This document shows positions 49,175 through 57,624 of a DNA stretch of 64,000 nucleotides, in pieces (position 1 is the first letter of the stretch; each line of letters begins with the position of its first letter). The DNA lies in NCBI GenBank assembly GCA_963782055.1, contig CAWAIF010000003.1:3104001-3168000 (forward strand), given 5' to 3'. The DNA comes from an uncultured delta proteobacterium (GTDB taxonomy: Bacteria; Myxococcota_A; Polyangia; Polyangiales; Polyangiaceae). The notes beneath the pieces were generated by a model. That model saw nothing but the letters and a program-made list of their open reading frames with translations, did not search any database and had not been told where the DNA came from. The position numbers and the translations under genes were made by a program.

Positions 49175-50448
49175 GACGCGGCCCGCACGCCGCGGGCACG
49201 GCGGCGGACCTCCGCCGGGTGCGGCAGCACCCCCGGCTTCGCGAAGCACGCCACCGCGTTGTAGCCGCCGAAGGCGAGGGAGTTGTTGAGCACGATGTCC
49301 GCCTTGCCCTTGCGCGCGGCGTTGGCGACGATCGCCACGTCGCACTCCGGGTCGGGGGTCTCGTAGCCCATCGTCGGCGGGTAGACGCCCGTCTCCAGGG
49401 TCATCACGCAGGCGATGGCCTCCAGCGCGCTCGCGGCGCCCATGCAGTGGCCGAGGGTGCTCTTGACGCTGGAGATCGGCACGCGCCGGTCACCGAAGAC
49501 GTCCCGCATCACCTTCGCCTCGGCCTGATCGTTGGCGCGCGTGCCGGTGCCGTGCGCGTTGACGAAGTCCACGTGCTCCGGGCCGATGCCGGTGTACTCC
49601 AGCGCCGCGCGCATCGCCGCGGTGCTGCCCGTCGCGTCGGGGTGCGGGCGGGTGATGTGGTAGGCGTCGCACGTCATCCCGTAGCCGCCGACCTCCGCGT
49701 GAAGTTGCGCGCCGCGGCGCATCGCGTGCTCCTCCGACTCCAGCACCAGCAGGCCGGCGCCCTCGCCGAGGATCAGACCCCGGCGGTTGAGGTCGAAGGG
49801 CTGGCAGCGCTCCGGCGCCATCGCCGCGAGGCGGACGAAGCCGGAGAACTCCAGCTTCTGCAGCACCTCCACGGCGCCGGCGATCACCACGTCCGCCCGG
49901 CCGGCGCGGATGAGGTCGGCGGCGAAGCCGATGGCGTAGTTGCCCGCGGCGCACGCGCCGGGCAGCGCCATCACCGTCCCGCGGGCGTCCACCGCGCGCG
50001 CCACGTGGATGGGCAGCAGGGTGGAGCCGTACTTCGGGAGCATGGTGCGGCGCAGCGCGGAGGGGCCGCGGGTGATCCACGCGTGGTCCAGGTCGGCGAT
50101 GAGGCCGGCCTCGCCCATCGTCGTGCCGATGACGACGGAGGTGCGCGGGCCCGCGAGGTGCTCCGGGCGGATCCCCGCGTCCTTCACCGCCATGCGCATC
50201 GCGGCGAGCGACATCGCCGAGCAGCGGCCGGTCTGCTTCAGCTCCGCGGCGGTGAGGTGGTCCTTCGGGTCGAAGTTCTTCACCTCGCCGCCGTACAGGC
50301 GGCCGAGGGACGACGCGTCGAAGGACTCGATCGGCGAGATGCCGACCTTGCCCTCCTGCAGGCCGCGGAAGAACGCCTCGCGACCGAGCCCGATGGAGCT
50401 GACGGCGCCGACGCCGGTGATGAAGACCCGCTGCGGCTCGGCTGACAC
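49171..50448 (-). CDS. Beta-ketoacyl-ACP synthase (FabF-like KS)
   Basis: GACAAG (Cys), NAHGTGT, LGHCMGA, NSLAFGG; GTG start VSAEPQRVFITG. Confidence 0.92.
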   Translation of the reverse strand: MSAEPQRVFITGVGAVSSIGLGREAFFRGLQEGKVGISPIESFDASSLGRLYGGEVKNFDPKDHLTAAELKQTGRCSAMSLAAMRMAVKDAGIRPEHLAGPRTSVVIGTTMGEAGLIADLDHAWITRGPSALRRTMLPKYGSTLLPIHVARAVDARGTVMALPGACAAGNYAIGFAADLIRAGRADVVIAGAVEVLQKLEFSGFVRLAAMAPERCQPFDLNRRGLILGEGAGLLVLESEEHAMRRGAQLHAEVGGYGMTCDAYHITRPHPDATGSTAAMRAALEYTGIGPEHVDFVNAHGTGTRANDQAEAKVMRDVFGDRRVPISSVKSTLGHCMGAASALEAIACVMTLETGVYPPTMGYETPDPECDVAIVANAARKGKADIVLNNSLAFGGYNAVACFAKPGVLPHPAEVRRRARGVRAAS

Positions 50449-50592
50449 ATCGAGCTTATACCCCTGCGCGATGGGGCCCCGCAACGAAACGGGTCCACAA
50501 AACAGGCGCGAATCTCGCTTCGCGCGCGTCCCGCCGTTCGCACGGTCCGCGCCTTGCGCGAGGCGCGCGGCCGAAGTAAGCACCCCGGCGCC

Positions 50593-52380
50593 ATGCCCGC
50601 CACGCCTCGCCTCGTGGCTCCGACGCTCGTCGAAGCGGTCAAGGAGCTCGCCCACAAGACCGACAAGGGGTTCGACTTCGTCCGCGCCGACGGGACGGAG
50701 CGCTTCTGCTCCTTCCACACCATCGACGAGGAGGCGGCGCGGCGCGGCGCGCACCTCGCGGCGAAGGGCGTGAAGAAGGGCGACCGCGTCGCGCTGGTCA
50801 TCCCCGACCCCGACGAGTTCGTCCTCACCTTCCTGGGCGCGATCTACGCGGGCGGCGTGCCCGTGCCGATGTACCCGCAGCTCTCCTTCAAGAACGTGGA
50901 GAGCTACCACGACACCGTCGCGCACATCACCAACGCCTCCGGCGCCGAGCTGCTCGTCACGACGCAGGCGACGCGCCAGTACGTCGAGCCCGTCCTCCCG
51001 CGCGCGCCGAAGCTGCGCGAGGTGCTGGACGTCACCGCGCTCCACGCGCCGGCGCCCGGCGCGCTCGACGTGAAGGTGCAGCCGGAGGACCTCTGCTTCA
51101 TGCAGTTCACCTCCGGGAGCACGTCGCGGCCGAAGGGCGTGATGGTCACGCACGGCAACCTCTCCGCCAACAGCGAGGCCTTCATGATCCACGGCCTCGG
51201 CAAGGACTCGTCGGTCGACAAGGGCGTGAGCTGGCTGCCGCTCTTCCACGACATGGGGCTCATCGGCTTCGTGATCGGGCCGCTCTTCACCGACATCCCG
51301 GTCGTCTTCCTGCCGACGGCGAGCTTCGTGCGCTCGCCGCGCATCTGGCTGGACACCATCCACAAGCACCGCGGCAGCATCACCTACGCCCCCAACTTCG
51401 CCTACCAGCTCGTCGCCAAGCGGCTGAAGGAGAAGGACGTCACGGGCCTCGACCTCTCCTGCATGCGCATCACCGGCTGCGGCGCCGAGCCCATCCAGTC
51501 CAAGACGCTGCGCGACTTCACCGAGCGCCTGGCCCCCGCGGGCTTCGACCCGAAGAGCTTCATCCCGTCGTACGGCATGGCGGAGGCCACCCTCGCCATC
51601 ACCTTCGCGAAGCACGGGACCGGCTTCCACACCGACCGCGTCGAGAGCGCGTCGCTGCAGAAGGGCACCGCCGCCCCGTCGAAGGGCGACGACCCCGAGG
51701 ACGCGATGACGCAGGAGCTCGTGGCGTGTGGCTTCCCGTTCCCCGGCCACGAGGTCGCGGTCATCGACGAGCACGGCAAGCGCCTGGGCGAGCGGCAGGT
51801 CGGCCAGATCGTCACGCGCGGCCCGAGCATCACGCAGGGCTACTTCCAGGAGCCGGAGCTCACCGCGCAGGCCTTCAAGAAGCTGGGCGCCGAGCCGGAG
51901 GGCGAGGTGTGGCTGCACACCGGCGACCTCGGCTACATCGCCGGCGGCGAGATCTTCATCTGCGGCCGCGTGAAGGACATCATCATCATCCGCGGGCGCA
52001 ACTTCTACCCGAGCGACATCGAGTGGGTGGCCAGCGAGCTGCCCGGCGTCCGGCGCGGCAACGTGGTCGCCTTCGGCGTGACGGTGGACGCGGAGGGCCG
52101 CCACGTGGAGGACGGCACCGGCGAGGAGCAGCTCGTCGTCTGCGCCGAGGCCCACTCCAGCGACGCCGCCGCCCTGGTGCAGGACATCCAGAAGGCCGTC
52201 ACCGACCAGATCGGCATCGCCGTCTGGAAGGTCGAGATCGTCCCGCAGGGATCGCTGCCGCGCACCTCCAGCGGCAAGCCGCAGCGCCGCAAGACCAAGC
52301 AGATGTTCCTGGACGGCACCCTCCCGCGCCCGCGCGGCGAGGCACCGGCCCCCGGCACGAAGAATACCGCGAGCGCATAG
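50593..52380 (+). CDS. Fatty acyl-AMP ligase (FAAL)
   Basis: QFTSGSTSRPKGV, SWLPLFHDMGLIG, YGMAEATL followed by a FAAL-type insertion, TGDLG, RTSSGK. Confidence 0.88.
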   Translation: MPATPRLVAPTLVEAVKELAHKTDKGFDFVRADGTERFCSFHTIDEEAARRGAHLAAKGVKKGDRVALVIPDPDEFVLTFLGAIYAGGVPVPMYPQLSFKNVESYHDTVAHITNASGAELLVTTQATRQYVEPVLPRAPKLREVLDVTALHAPAPGALDVKVQPEDLCFMQFTSGSTSRPKGVMVTHGNLSANSEAFMIHGLGKDSSVDKGVSWLPLFHDMGLIGFVIGPLFTDIPVVFLPTASFVRSPRIWLDTIHKHRGSITYAPNFAYQLVAKRLKEKDVTGLDLSCMRITGCGAEPIQSKTLRDFTERLAPAGFDPKSFIPSYGMAEATLAITFAKHGTGFHTDRVESASLQKGTAAPSKGDDPEDAMTQELVACGFPFPGHEVAVIDEHGKRLGERQVGQIVTRGPSITQGYFQEPELTAQAFKKLGAEPEGEVWLHTGDLGYIAGGEIFICGRVKDIIIIRGRNFYPSDIEWVASELPGVRRGNVVAFGVTVDAEGRHVEDGTGEEQLVVCAEAHSSDAAALVQDIQKAVTDQIGIAVWKVEIVPQGSLPRTSSGKPQRRKTKQMFLDGTLPRPRGEAPAPGTKNTASA

Positions 52381-52560
52381 CGGCGTTCGCGGTGCGTGCG
52401 TCGTTACGCGGCGTACGGCCCAAATGTGCAGTCTTCGTATTGAGTCGGGCCGCGTTTTCAGGTAGGTGACGGCCCAAGCTCCCGACGGCATCGCCCTCGC
52501 ATGGGGACGGTACGCCGGGCCCGAGAATGGGCTCCCCAGGGGGCCCGGAGAGAAAGACCC

Positions 52561-52812
52561 ATGGCCTTCAGTCGTGCAGAGCTCCTTCAGATGTTCCAGA
52601 AGACCGCGGCCGAGATCGCGGAGAAGGAGCTGCCCAACATCTCGGAGGGCACCGTCATCAGCGAGCTCGGCATCGACTCCCTCGGCATGCTGGAGATCGT
52701 CGGCGCCATGGAGCGCCAGCTCAAGATCCAGATCCCCGACGAGTCGCTCGCCGGGATCCAGACGGTGAAGGACTTGCTGGAGCTCGTCGAGAAGCGCCAG
52801 CACGCCGCCTGA
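52561..52812 (+). CDS. Acyl carrier protein (ACP-1)
   Basis: ELGIDSLGMLEIV; GGAG RBS. Confidence 0.9.
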   Translation: MAFSRAELLQMFQKTAAEIAEKELPNISEGTVISELGIDSLGMLEIVGAMERQLKIQIPDESLAGIQTVKDLLELVEKRQHAA

Positions 52813-52859
52813 GGATCGCGCTCACGCGGCCGCAGGAAGCCAGAAGAACCGGAGTGATC

Positions 52860-53111
52860 ATGACCGACGAGACGCTCAAGCAAGAGATCAGGGACCTCAT
52901 CTGCGAGATCGCGGAGCGCGACGACCTCCCCGACGACACCCACTTCAAGGACCTGGGGATCGACTCGATGATGGGCGTCGAGATCGTCGCGGCGATCGAG
53001 CGGCAGTACAAGGTCAAGATCGAGGACGCCGAGCTGACCGAGGTCACGACGCTCAACAAGAGCTTCGACCTGGTGAAGTCCAAGCTGGGCGCCGACGCGA
53101 AGGTGGCCTGA
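52860..53111 (+). CDS. Acyl carrier protein (ACP-2)
   Basis: DLGIDSMMGVEIV; GGAG RBS. Confidence 0.9.
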   Translation: MTDETLKQEIRDLICEIAERDDLPDDTHFKDLGIDSMMGVEIVAAIERQYKVKIEDAELTEVTTLNKSFDLVKSKLGADAKVA

Positions 53112-53113
53112 GG

Positions 53114-53144
53114 CCTCTCTCTCCCCGAGAAGGGGAGGGCGAGG
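53114..53144. terminator. Hairpin between convergent ACP-2 and M61 genes
   Basis: ctctcccc-gagaa-ggggaggg inverted repeat. Confidence 0.5.
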
Positions 53145-54881
53145 TCACTTTCCCAGCCAGCCTTCCAGGAGGGCGAGCTGGTCGGGGGTCGCGTCCTTGC
53201 GGCGCGTGAGCTTCACGCGGTCCAGGCGGGGCGGGTCCAGTGTCACGTCCAGGGAGCGGATGCGGCCCTCACGGGCGACCAGCACCGGGACGACGTCCTT
53301 CTCCTTCTTGCCGGAGAGCGCGGCCTCCACGCCCGCCGGATCCAGGACGCGACGTCCGGCGACCGCCACCAGCTCGTCGCCCGGGTCCACGCCCGCGCGC
53401 TGGGCCGCGCCGCCGCGCAGGACGCTCGCCACGTGCACGCGCGCCCCGTCGCCGCGCGTGCGCACGCCCAGGCTGCCGCTCGGCTCCCCCTTGGCGTGGC
53501 GCTCCACCGAGAGCCCGGCGCGGGCGAGCGTGGCGTCGTAGTCGATCTCGTGGGCGCCCCGCACCCAGGCGTCGAAGAGATCGCCCATCCTCGTCCCGGC
53601 GACGTGCTCGAAGATCTCCTGCATGCCGTCCTCCGGCACCGGCCGCTGGTGCCGCCCGAACTCGTTCCACAGGTGGGCCAGCACCGCGTCGAGCGAGGCC
53701 TTGCCGCCGGAGCGCGCGCGCAGCTCCAGGTCGAGCAGCGCGCAGACCATCTCCCCCTTGCGGTAGTAGCTCACCGAGCTGTTGGTGCTGTTCTCGTCCG
53801 GCCGGTACAGCTTCACCCACGCGTCGAAGGAGGCCTCCTCCAGCGGGTGCACCAGCCGCCCCGGTGTCTGGTCCAGGTACGCCACCTCGGTGGCGAGGTG
53901 GTCGAGGTACTCGGTCTCGGTGCAGAGCCCGGCGAGGCGGAGCACGCGCCAGTCGTAGTAGCTGGTGGCGCCCTCGAACCACCAGAGCAGGCGCGTGTGG
54001 TTCTCGTCCTGGTAGCGGTAGGGGTGAAGGCCCGCGGGGCGGATGCGCTTGACGTTCCAGAGGTGGAAGTACTCGTGGGCGACGAGGGAGAGCAGGTCCA
54101 GGGTGCCGTCGTGGGTGTCCATCGCGGTGGCGGAGGCCAGGAGGGACGAGGACGCCAGGTGCTCCAGGCCGCCGCGCCCGCGCGGGGACAGGTGCAGGAT
54201 GAAGGTGTAGCCCTCGTGCGGGAGGGAGCCGCCGAAGAGGCTCGCCTCCGTCTTCACGATGGTCGTCGTGGCCTCCACCAGGCGGCGCAGGTTCGCCTCG
54301 CTCAGCGACTCCGGCGGCCAGACGGCGAAGCGGTGCGGCTTGCCCGCCGCCTCGAAGCGCGCCTCACGGAAGGAGCCGACCTCCATGGGGCTGTCGACCA
54401 GGGTGTCGTAGTCGGCGGCGAGGAAGCGCGGGCGCGCCTCGGCGGCGCCCTCGACCGGAGGCATCGCGGTGGCGACGCGCCAGCCGGAGGGCGCGAGCAG
54501 CTCCACCTCCGCCGGGGCGCCCAGCCGGCCCTCCACCGCGAGGAAGGTGGAGGCGCCGTTGAGGTACCAGTGCGTCGTGTCGACGTGATTGGTGCGCACG
54601 GTGAGGTCGTTGGCGTAGACGCGATAGCGGACGGTGAGCTCCTTGGCGCCGTCGTGCGCGACCGTCCACGCGTTCTTGCGCGTCTTGCGGACGGGGTGTG
54701 TCGGGCACGTCAGGCCCTCCACGTGCCGCGCGTACTCACGGACGAGGTACGAGCCGGGCGTCCAGGACGCCATGAAGAGGACGAGCGGGGAGGGCAGGGG
54801 CTGATCGGACGAGACGGTGGTCTCCACGTCGACGAGGTGCGCGTGGGGGTCGGACACGGAGACGCGGTGCACGAGGCGCAT
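53145..54881 (-). CDS. M61 glycyl aminopeptidase with PDZ domain
   Basis: WTPGSYLVRE, GGLEH, HEYFHLWNVKRIRP, EGATSYY, SYYRKG; C-terminal PDZ. Confidence 0.92.
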   Translation of the reverse strand: MRLVHRVSVSDPHAHLVDVETTVSSDQPLPSPLVLFMASWTPGSYLVREYARHVEGLTCPTHPVRKTRKNAWTVAHDGAKELTVRYRVYANDLTVRTNHVDTTHWYLNGASTFLAVEGRLGAPAEVELLAPSGWRVATAMPPVEGAAEARPRFLAADYDTLVDSPMEVGSFREARFEAAGKPHRFAVWPPESLSEANLRRLVEATTTIVKTEASLFGGSLPHEGYTFILHLSPRGRGGLEHLASSSLLASATAMDTHDGTLDLLSLVAHEYFHLWNVKRIRPAGLHPYRYQDENHTRLLWWFEGATSYYDWRVLRLAGLCTETEYLDHLATEVAYLDQTPGRLVHPLEEASFDAWVKLYRPDENSTNSSVSYYRKGEMVCALLDLELRARSGGKASLDAVLAHLWNEFGRHQRPVPEDGMQEIFEHVAGTRMGDLFDAWVRGAHEIDYDATLARAGLSVERHAKGEPSGSLGVRTRGDGARVHVASVLRGGAAQRAGVDPGDELVAVAGRRVLDPAGVEAALSGKKEKDVVPVLVAREGRIRSLDVTLDPPRLDRVKLTRRKDATPDQLALLEGWLGK

Positions 54882-54979
54882 GCCCCCTTGTACGACAGTC
54901 GCGGCCGGTTGTGGCGCCTCTGGCTCAGGCGCGGCTGCGCTTGACGGGCCGGGCCGAACCTCCTACCGGTGAGGCGCCC

Positions 54980-55498
54980 ATGGAAGCACGGCTCGAAGGC
55001 AGATCCTACCTGACAGGCAAGAAGCTGGTGCTGTTCGGAGGCACCTTCAGCGTCCTGACCATCTTCACCATCACCTTCGGCTTCCGGACGCTGGGCTGGA
55101 CGCGCTTCCAGGCCAACTCCCACCTCCAGGAGGGCCGCTCGCAGGTCATCTACCTCTCCCGGGCGGTGATGGCCTGCACCGAGAAGACGGGCAAGCTGCC
55201 GGAGACCTCGCCCGAGGTCCCGGCCACCCTCGCGCAGGTGGGCGCCAAGACCTACAAGAGCACCGCGGCGGACTGGAGCGCTCCGGCCTTCTCCTGCGAG
55301 CAGTTCACCATCGATCAGCCGCAGCGCTTCCAGTACCAGTGGGACAAGACCGACGCGAACGACGGCGTCGTCCGGGCGAAGGCGGACTTCAACGCCGACG
55401 GCACGGCGGAGGCGGTCTTCGAGCAGAAGATCCTGTGCGGGGTGAAGGACGGGCGGTACCAGTGCCACCCAGGGCCGTTCCTGGACCACGCAAAGTAG
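54980..55498 (+). CDS. Pilin-like membrane-anchored protein
   Basis: TM segment then RFQANSHLQEGRSQV helix, QRFQYQW, ADFNADG, terminal Cys pair; TTGACG-17-TACCGG promoter-like at 54941-54969. Confidence 0.55.
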   Translation: MEARLEGRSYLTGKKLVLFGGTFSVLTIFTITFGFRTLGWTRFQANSHLQEGRSQVIYLSRAVMACTEKTGKLPETSPEVPATLAQVGAKTYKSTAADWSAPAFSCEQFTIDQPQRFQYQWDKTDANDGVVRAKADFNADGTAEAVFEQKILCGVKDGRYQCHPGPFLDHAK

Positions 55499-57598
55499 TC
55501 ACGGGTCCACCACGTAGGCGTCCAGGTCCCACGTGCCCTTCTGGCCGCCCCACCCGTCGATGATCACCCAGTAGGTGCCCGGCGCGAGGGTCTGGTCCAG
55601 GAAGCTGCGCGGGCCGCTGAAGGAGTAGTTGCAGGCGATCTCGGTCCCGGGGCAGCTCGTGCCCTGGCGGAGCGCGAGGATGGTGCCGTAGCTCGAGCCT
55701 TCCATGCTGAGCACCACGCGCTTCTTCTGGGCGAGCACCAGGCGGAGGATCTGGTCGGCCGCGCCGCCCTTCGGCTGGTTGGCGGCGTCGCAGCTGTCGT
55801 CGAAGTCGGGGTTGTGGGTGGTGGTGTCGCCGGTGAAGTAGCCGCCGCTCGCCGGGATGTCGACGAAGGTCCCGCAGTCGTCGGCGCCGGGCACCGCGGT
55901 CGAGGCGACGGTGGGCCGCGCGAGGGTGGTGAGCGTGCCCTGCTGGCCAAAGGTGTCGCCCACCACCGCGCGGTAGCTACCCGCGGCGAGGTTGCGCTTG
56001 CCCGCGCGCACCGGGGTGGACGCCGCCCAGCACAGCAGGTTGTCTGCCTGGGTGCAGCCTGGCGCGTCGAGCGACACCGCGCCGTAGTCGTTCTGCGGGT
56101 AGCGCGCGACGACCAGCACGTCGCTCGGCACGCCCAGCTCCACGTCGTACGCGGCGGTGGGCGCGCCGGGGTAGCAGCCGTCCTGGATGGCGTCCTCGTG
56201 GTTCGCCAGGTCGAAGGGGAGGGTGCCGTTCAGGGTGGCCGGCGGCGCGGAGGAGCACAGCTCGTCGGCGGGCGAGGTGGTGGGCGCGGCGAGCTGCACC
56301 AGCACGCTCGCGTCGATGGGCGTCGTCGCCGCCACGGTGAGCACGTAGGTCCCCGCGGGCACGCCGCGCGCGAAGAGCGGGAGCGAGCTGCCCTTCTTGC
56401 AGTGCAGCTCGTCGGTCTGGCCGGAGCAGCTCGGCGCGCGCAGCCCGACGACCGGCTGGCCGGCGCCCTTCAGCGTGGAGGCGTAGACGCGCACGTCCTG
56501 GGCCTGGGCGAGGGTCAGGGAGTAGGTGAGCTCGCCGGTCACCGCGCCGCACGCGTCGGGGAGATCCAGGCTGGGATCGACGAGGGAGACGGTGGTGGGC
56601 GTGCCCGGCGCGATGGGCGTGGCGGTGCCGCAGTCCTCGTTGGCCGCCTTCGGCGTGGGGGAGAGGAAGTCCACCGAGAGGGTGACCGACGTCTCCAGCG
56701 AGGAGGTGACGACGACGTAGTAGGTGCCCGGCGCCACGTCGCGGGCGCGCGCCCGTGTGCTCCACGCGCCGGCGCCCGCGCCGCACGCCAGCTCGGAGAC
56801 CGGCTGGCCGCACGCCGACTGGATGGCGACCGACATCTCGCCGTTGGTCGGCCCGGCGACCCACACGTCCAGGTCCGCGTTGGGCCCGGCCGGCACGGTG
56901 ACCGCGGCGACCACGTCGTGCGCGGTCTGCGGCTTGCTCACCGTGCAGGAGGTCTGGAAGGTCTTGCCCGCCCCGGCGGTGCTCATGGCGTAGGTGCCCG
57001 GCGCGGTGATGGACATCGCCGTCTGGCAGGTGGCGTTCTGGGCGCTCACGCACCCGGCCTCGTCGGTCTGGCCGTTGCAGTTGTCGTCGACGCCGTTGCC
57101 GCAGATCTCCGAGTGCTTGCTGGAGACGTTGGGGTCGAGATCGTTGCAGTCCCCTCCGCCCTTGCACACCGCGTCGGGATCGCCGTCCTGGTCGAGATCG
57201 CGCGGCTCGTGGGTGCACGACTTGTCCGCCTCGACGCACTTGCTGATCTCGCACGTGGAGGAGGAGCACGCGACGACGGGGCCTGGCTGGCAGCCGCTGG
57301 TCCGCTTGCACAGCTCCTTGCCGTTGCAGAAGACGCCGTCGTCGCAGAGCGTGTCGTCGGGGGTGTTGCGGCAGCGCAGGAGCTGCGGATCGCAGGTGTC
57401 GAAGGTGCAGGCGATGCCGTCGTCGCACTGGGAGTCGTCCTGGCAGGGGGCTCCCAGGATGTCGGCGTCCTCCCCGCCGTCCCCGGTGGAGGCGTCGGGG
57501 GCGTCGGCGCCGGCGTCGAAGGGGTGGACGTTGTTGTCCGGAACCGGCCCGTTGCCGCACGCGACGAGGAAGGCGGCGAGAAGGAGGGCGCGGCGCAC
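55499..57598 (-). CDS. Cys-rich surface lipoprotein with MopE-like putative metal-binding motif and repeated PPC-like beta domains
   Basis: LVAC lipobox; CDDGVFCNG; DCNDLDP...EICGNGVDDNCNG; repeated GTYYVVV/GTYWVIIDG modules. Confidence 0.78.
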   Translation of the reverse strand: MRRALLLAAFLVACGNGPVPDNNVHPFDAGADAPDASTGDGGEDADILGAPCQDDSQCDDGIACTFDTCDPQLLRCRNTPDDTLCDDGVFCNGKELCKRTSGCQPGPVVACSSSTCEISKCVEADKSCTHEPRDLDQDGDPDAVCKGGGDCNDLDPNVSSKHSEICGNGVDDNCNGQTDEAGCVSAQNATCQTAMSITAPGTYAMSTAGAGKTFQTSCTVSKPQTAHDVVAAVTVPAGPNADLDVWVAGPTNGEMSVAIQSACGQPVSELACGAGAGAWSTRARARDVAPGTYYVVVTSSLETSVTLSVDFLSPTPKAANEDCGTATPIAPGTPTTVSLVDPSLDLPDACGAVTGELTYSLTLAQAQDVRVYASTLKGAGQPVVGLRAPSCSGQTDELHCKKGSSLPLFARGVPAGTYVLTVAATTPIDASVLVQLAAPTTSPADELCSSAPPATLNGTLPFDLANHEDAIQDGCYPGAPTAAYDVELGVPSDVLVVARYPQNDYGAVSLDAPGCTQADNLLCWAASTPVRAGKRNLAAGSYRAVVGDTFGQQGTLTTLARPTVASTAVPGADDCGTFVDIPASGGYFTGDTTTHNPDFDDSCDAANQPKGGAADQILRLVLAQKKRVVLSMEGSSYGTILALRQGTSCPGTEIACNYSFSGPRSFLDQTLAPGTYWVIIDGWGGQKGTWDLDAYVVDP

Positions 57599-57624
57599 GA
57601 GGGGAGTGTACTACGCGCCTCGCC

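Noticed and set aside
50506..50525. GCGCGAA-6nt-TTCGCGC palindrome in the KS/FAAL divergent promoter as an operator
   Set aside because: A short GC-rich palindrome, plausible by chance, with no second copy seen.
49171..52803. 1210-aa ORF suggesting a giant KS
   Set aside because: The upstream part is antisense to the FAAL and ACP genes; the KS starts near 50448.
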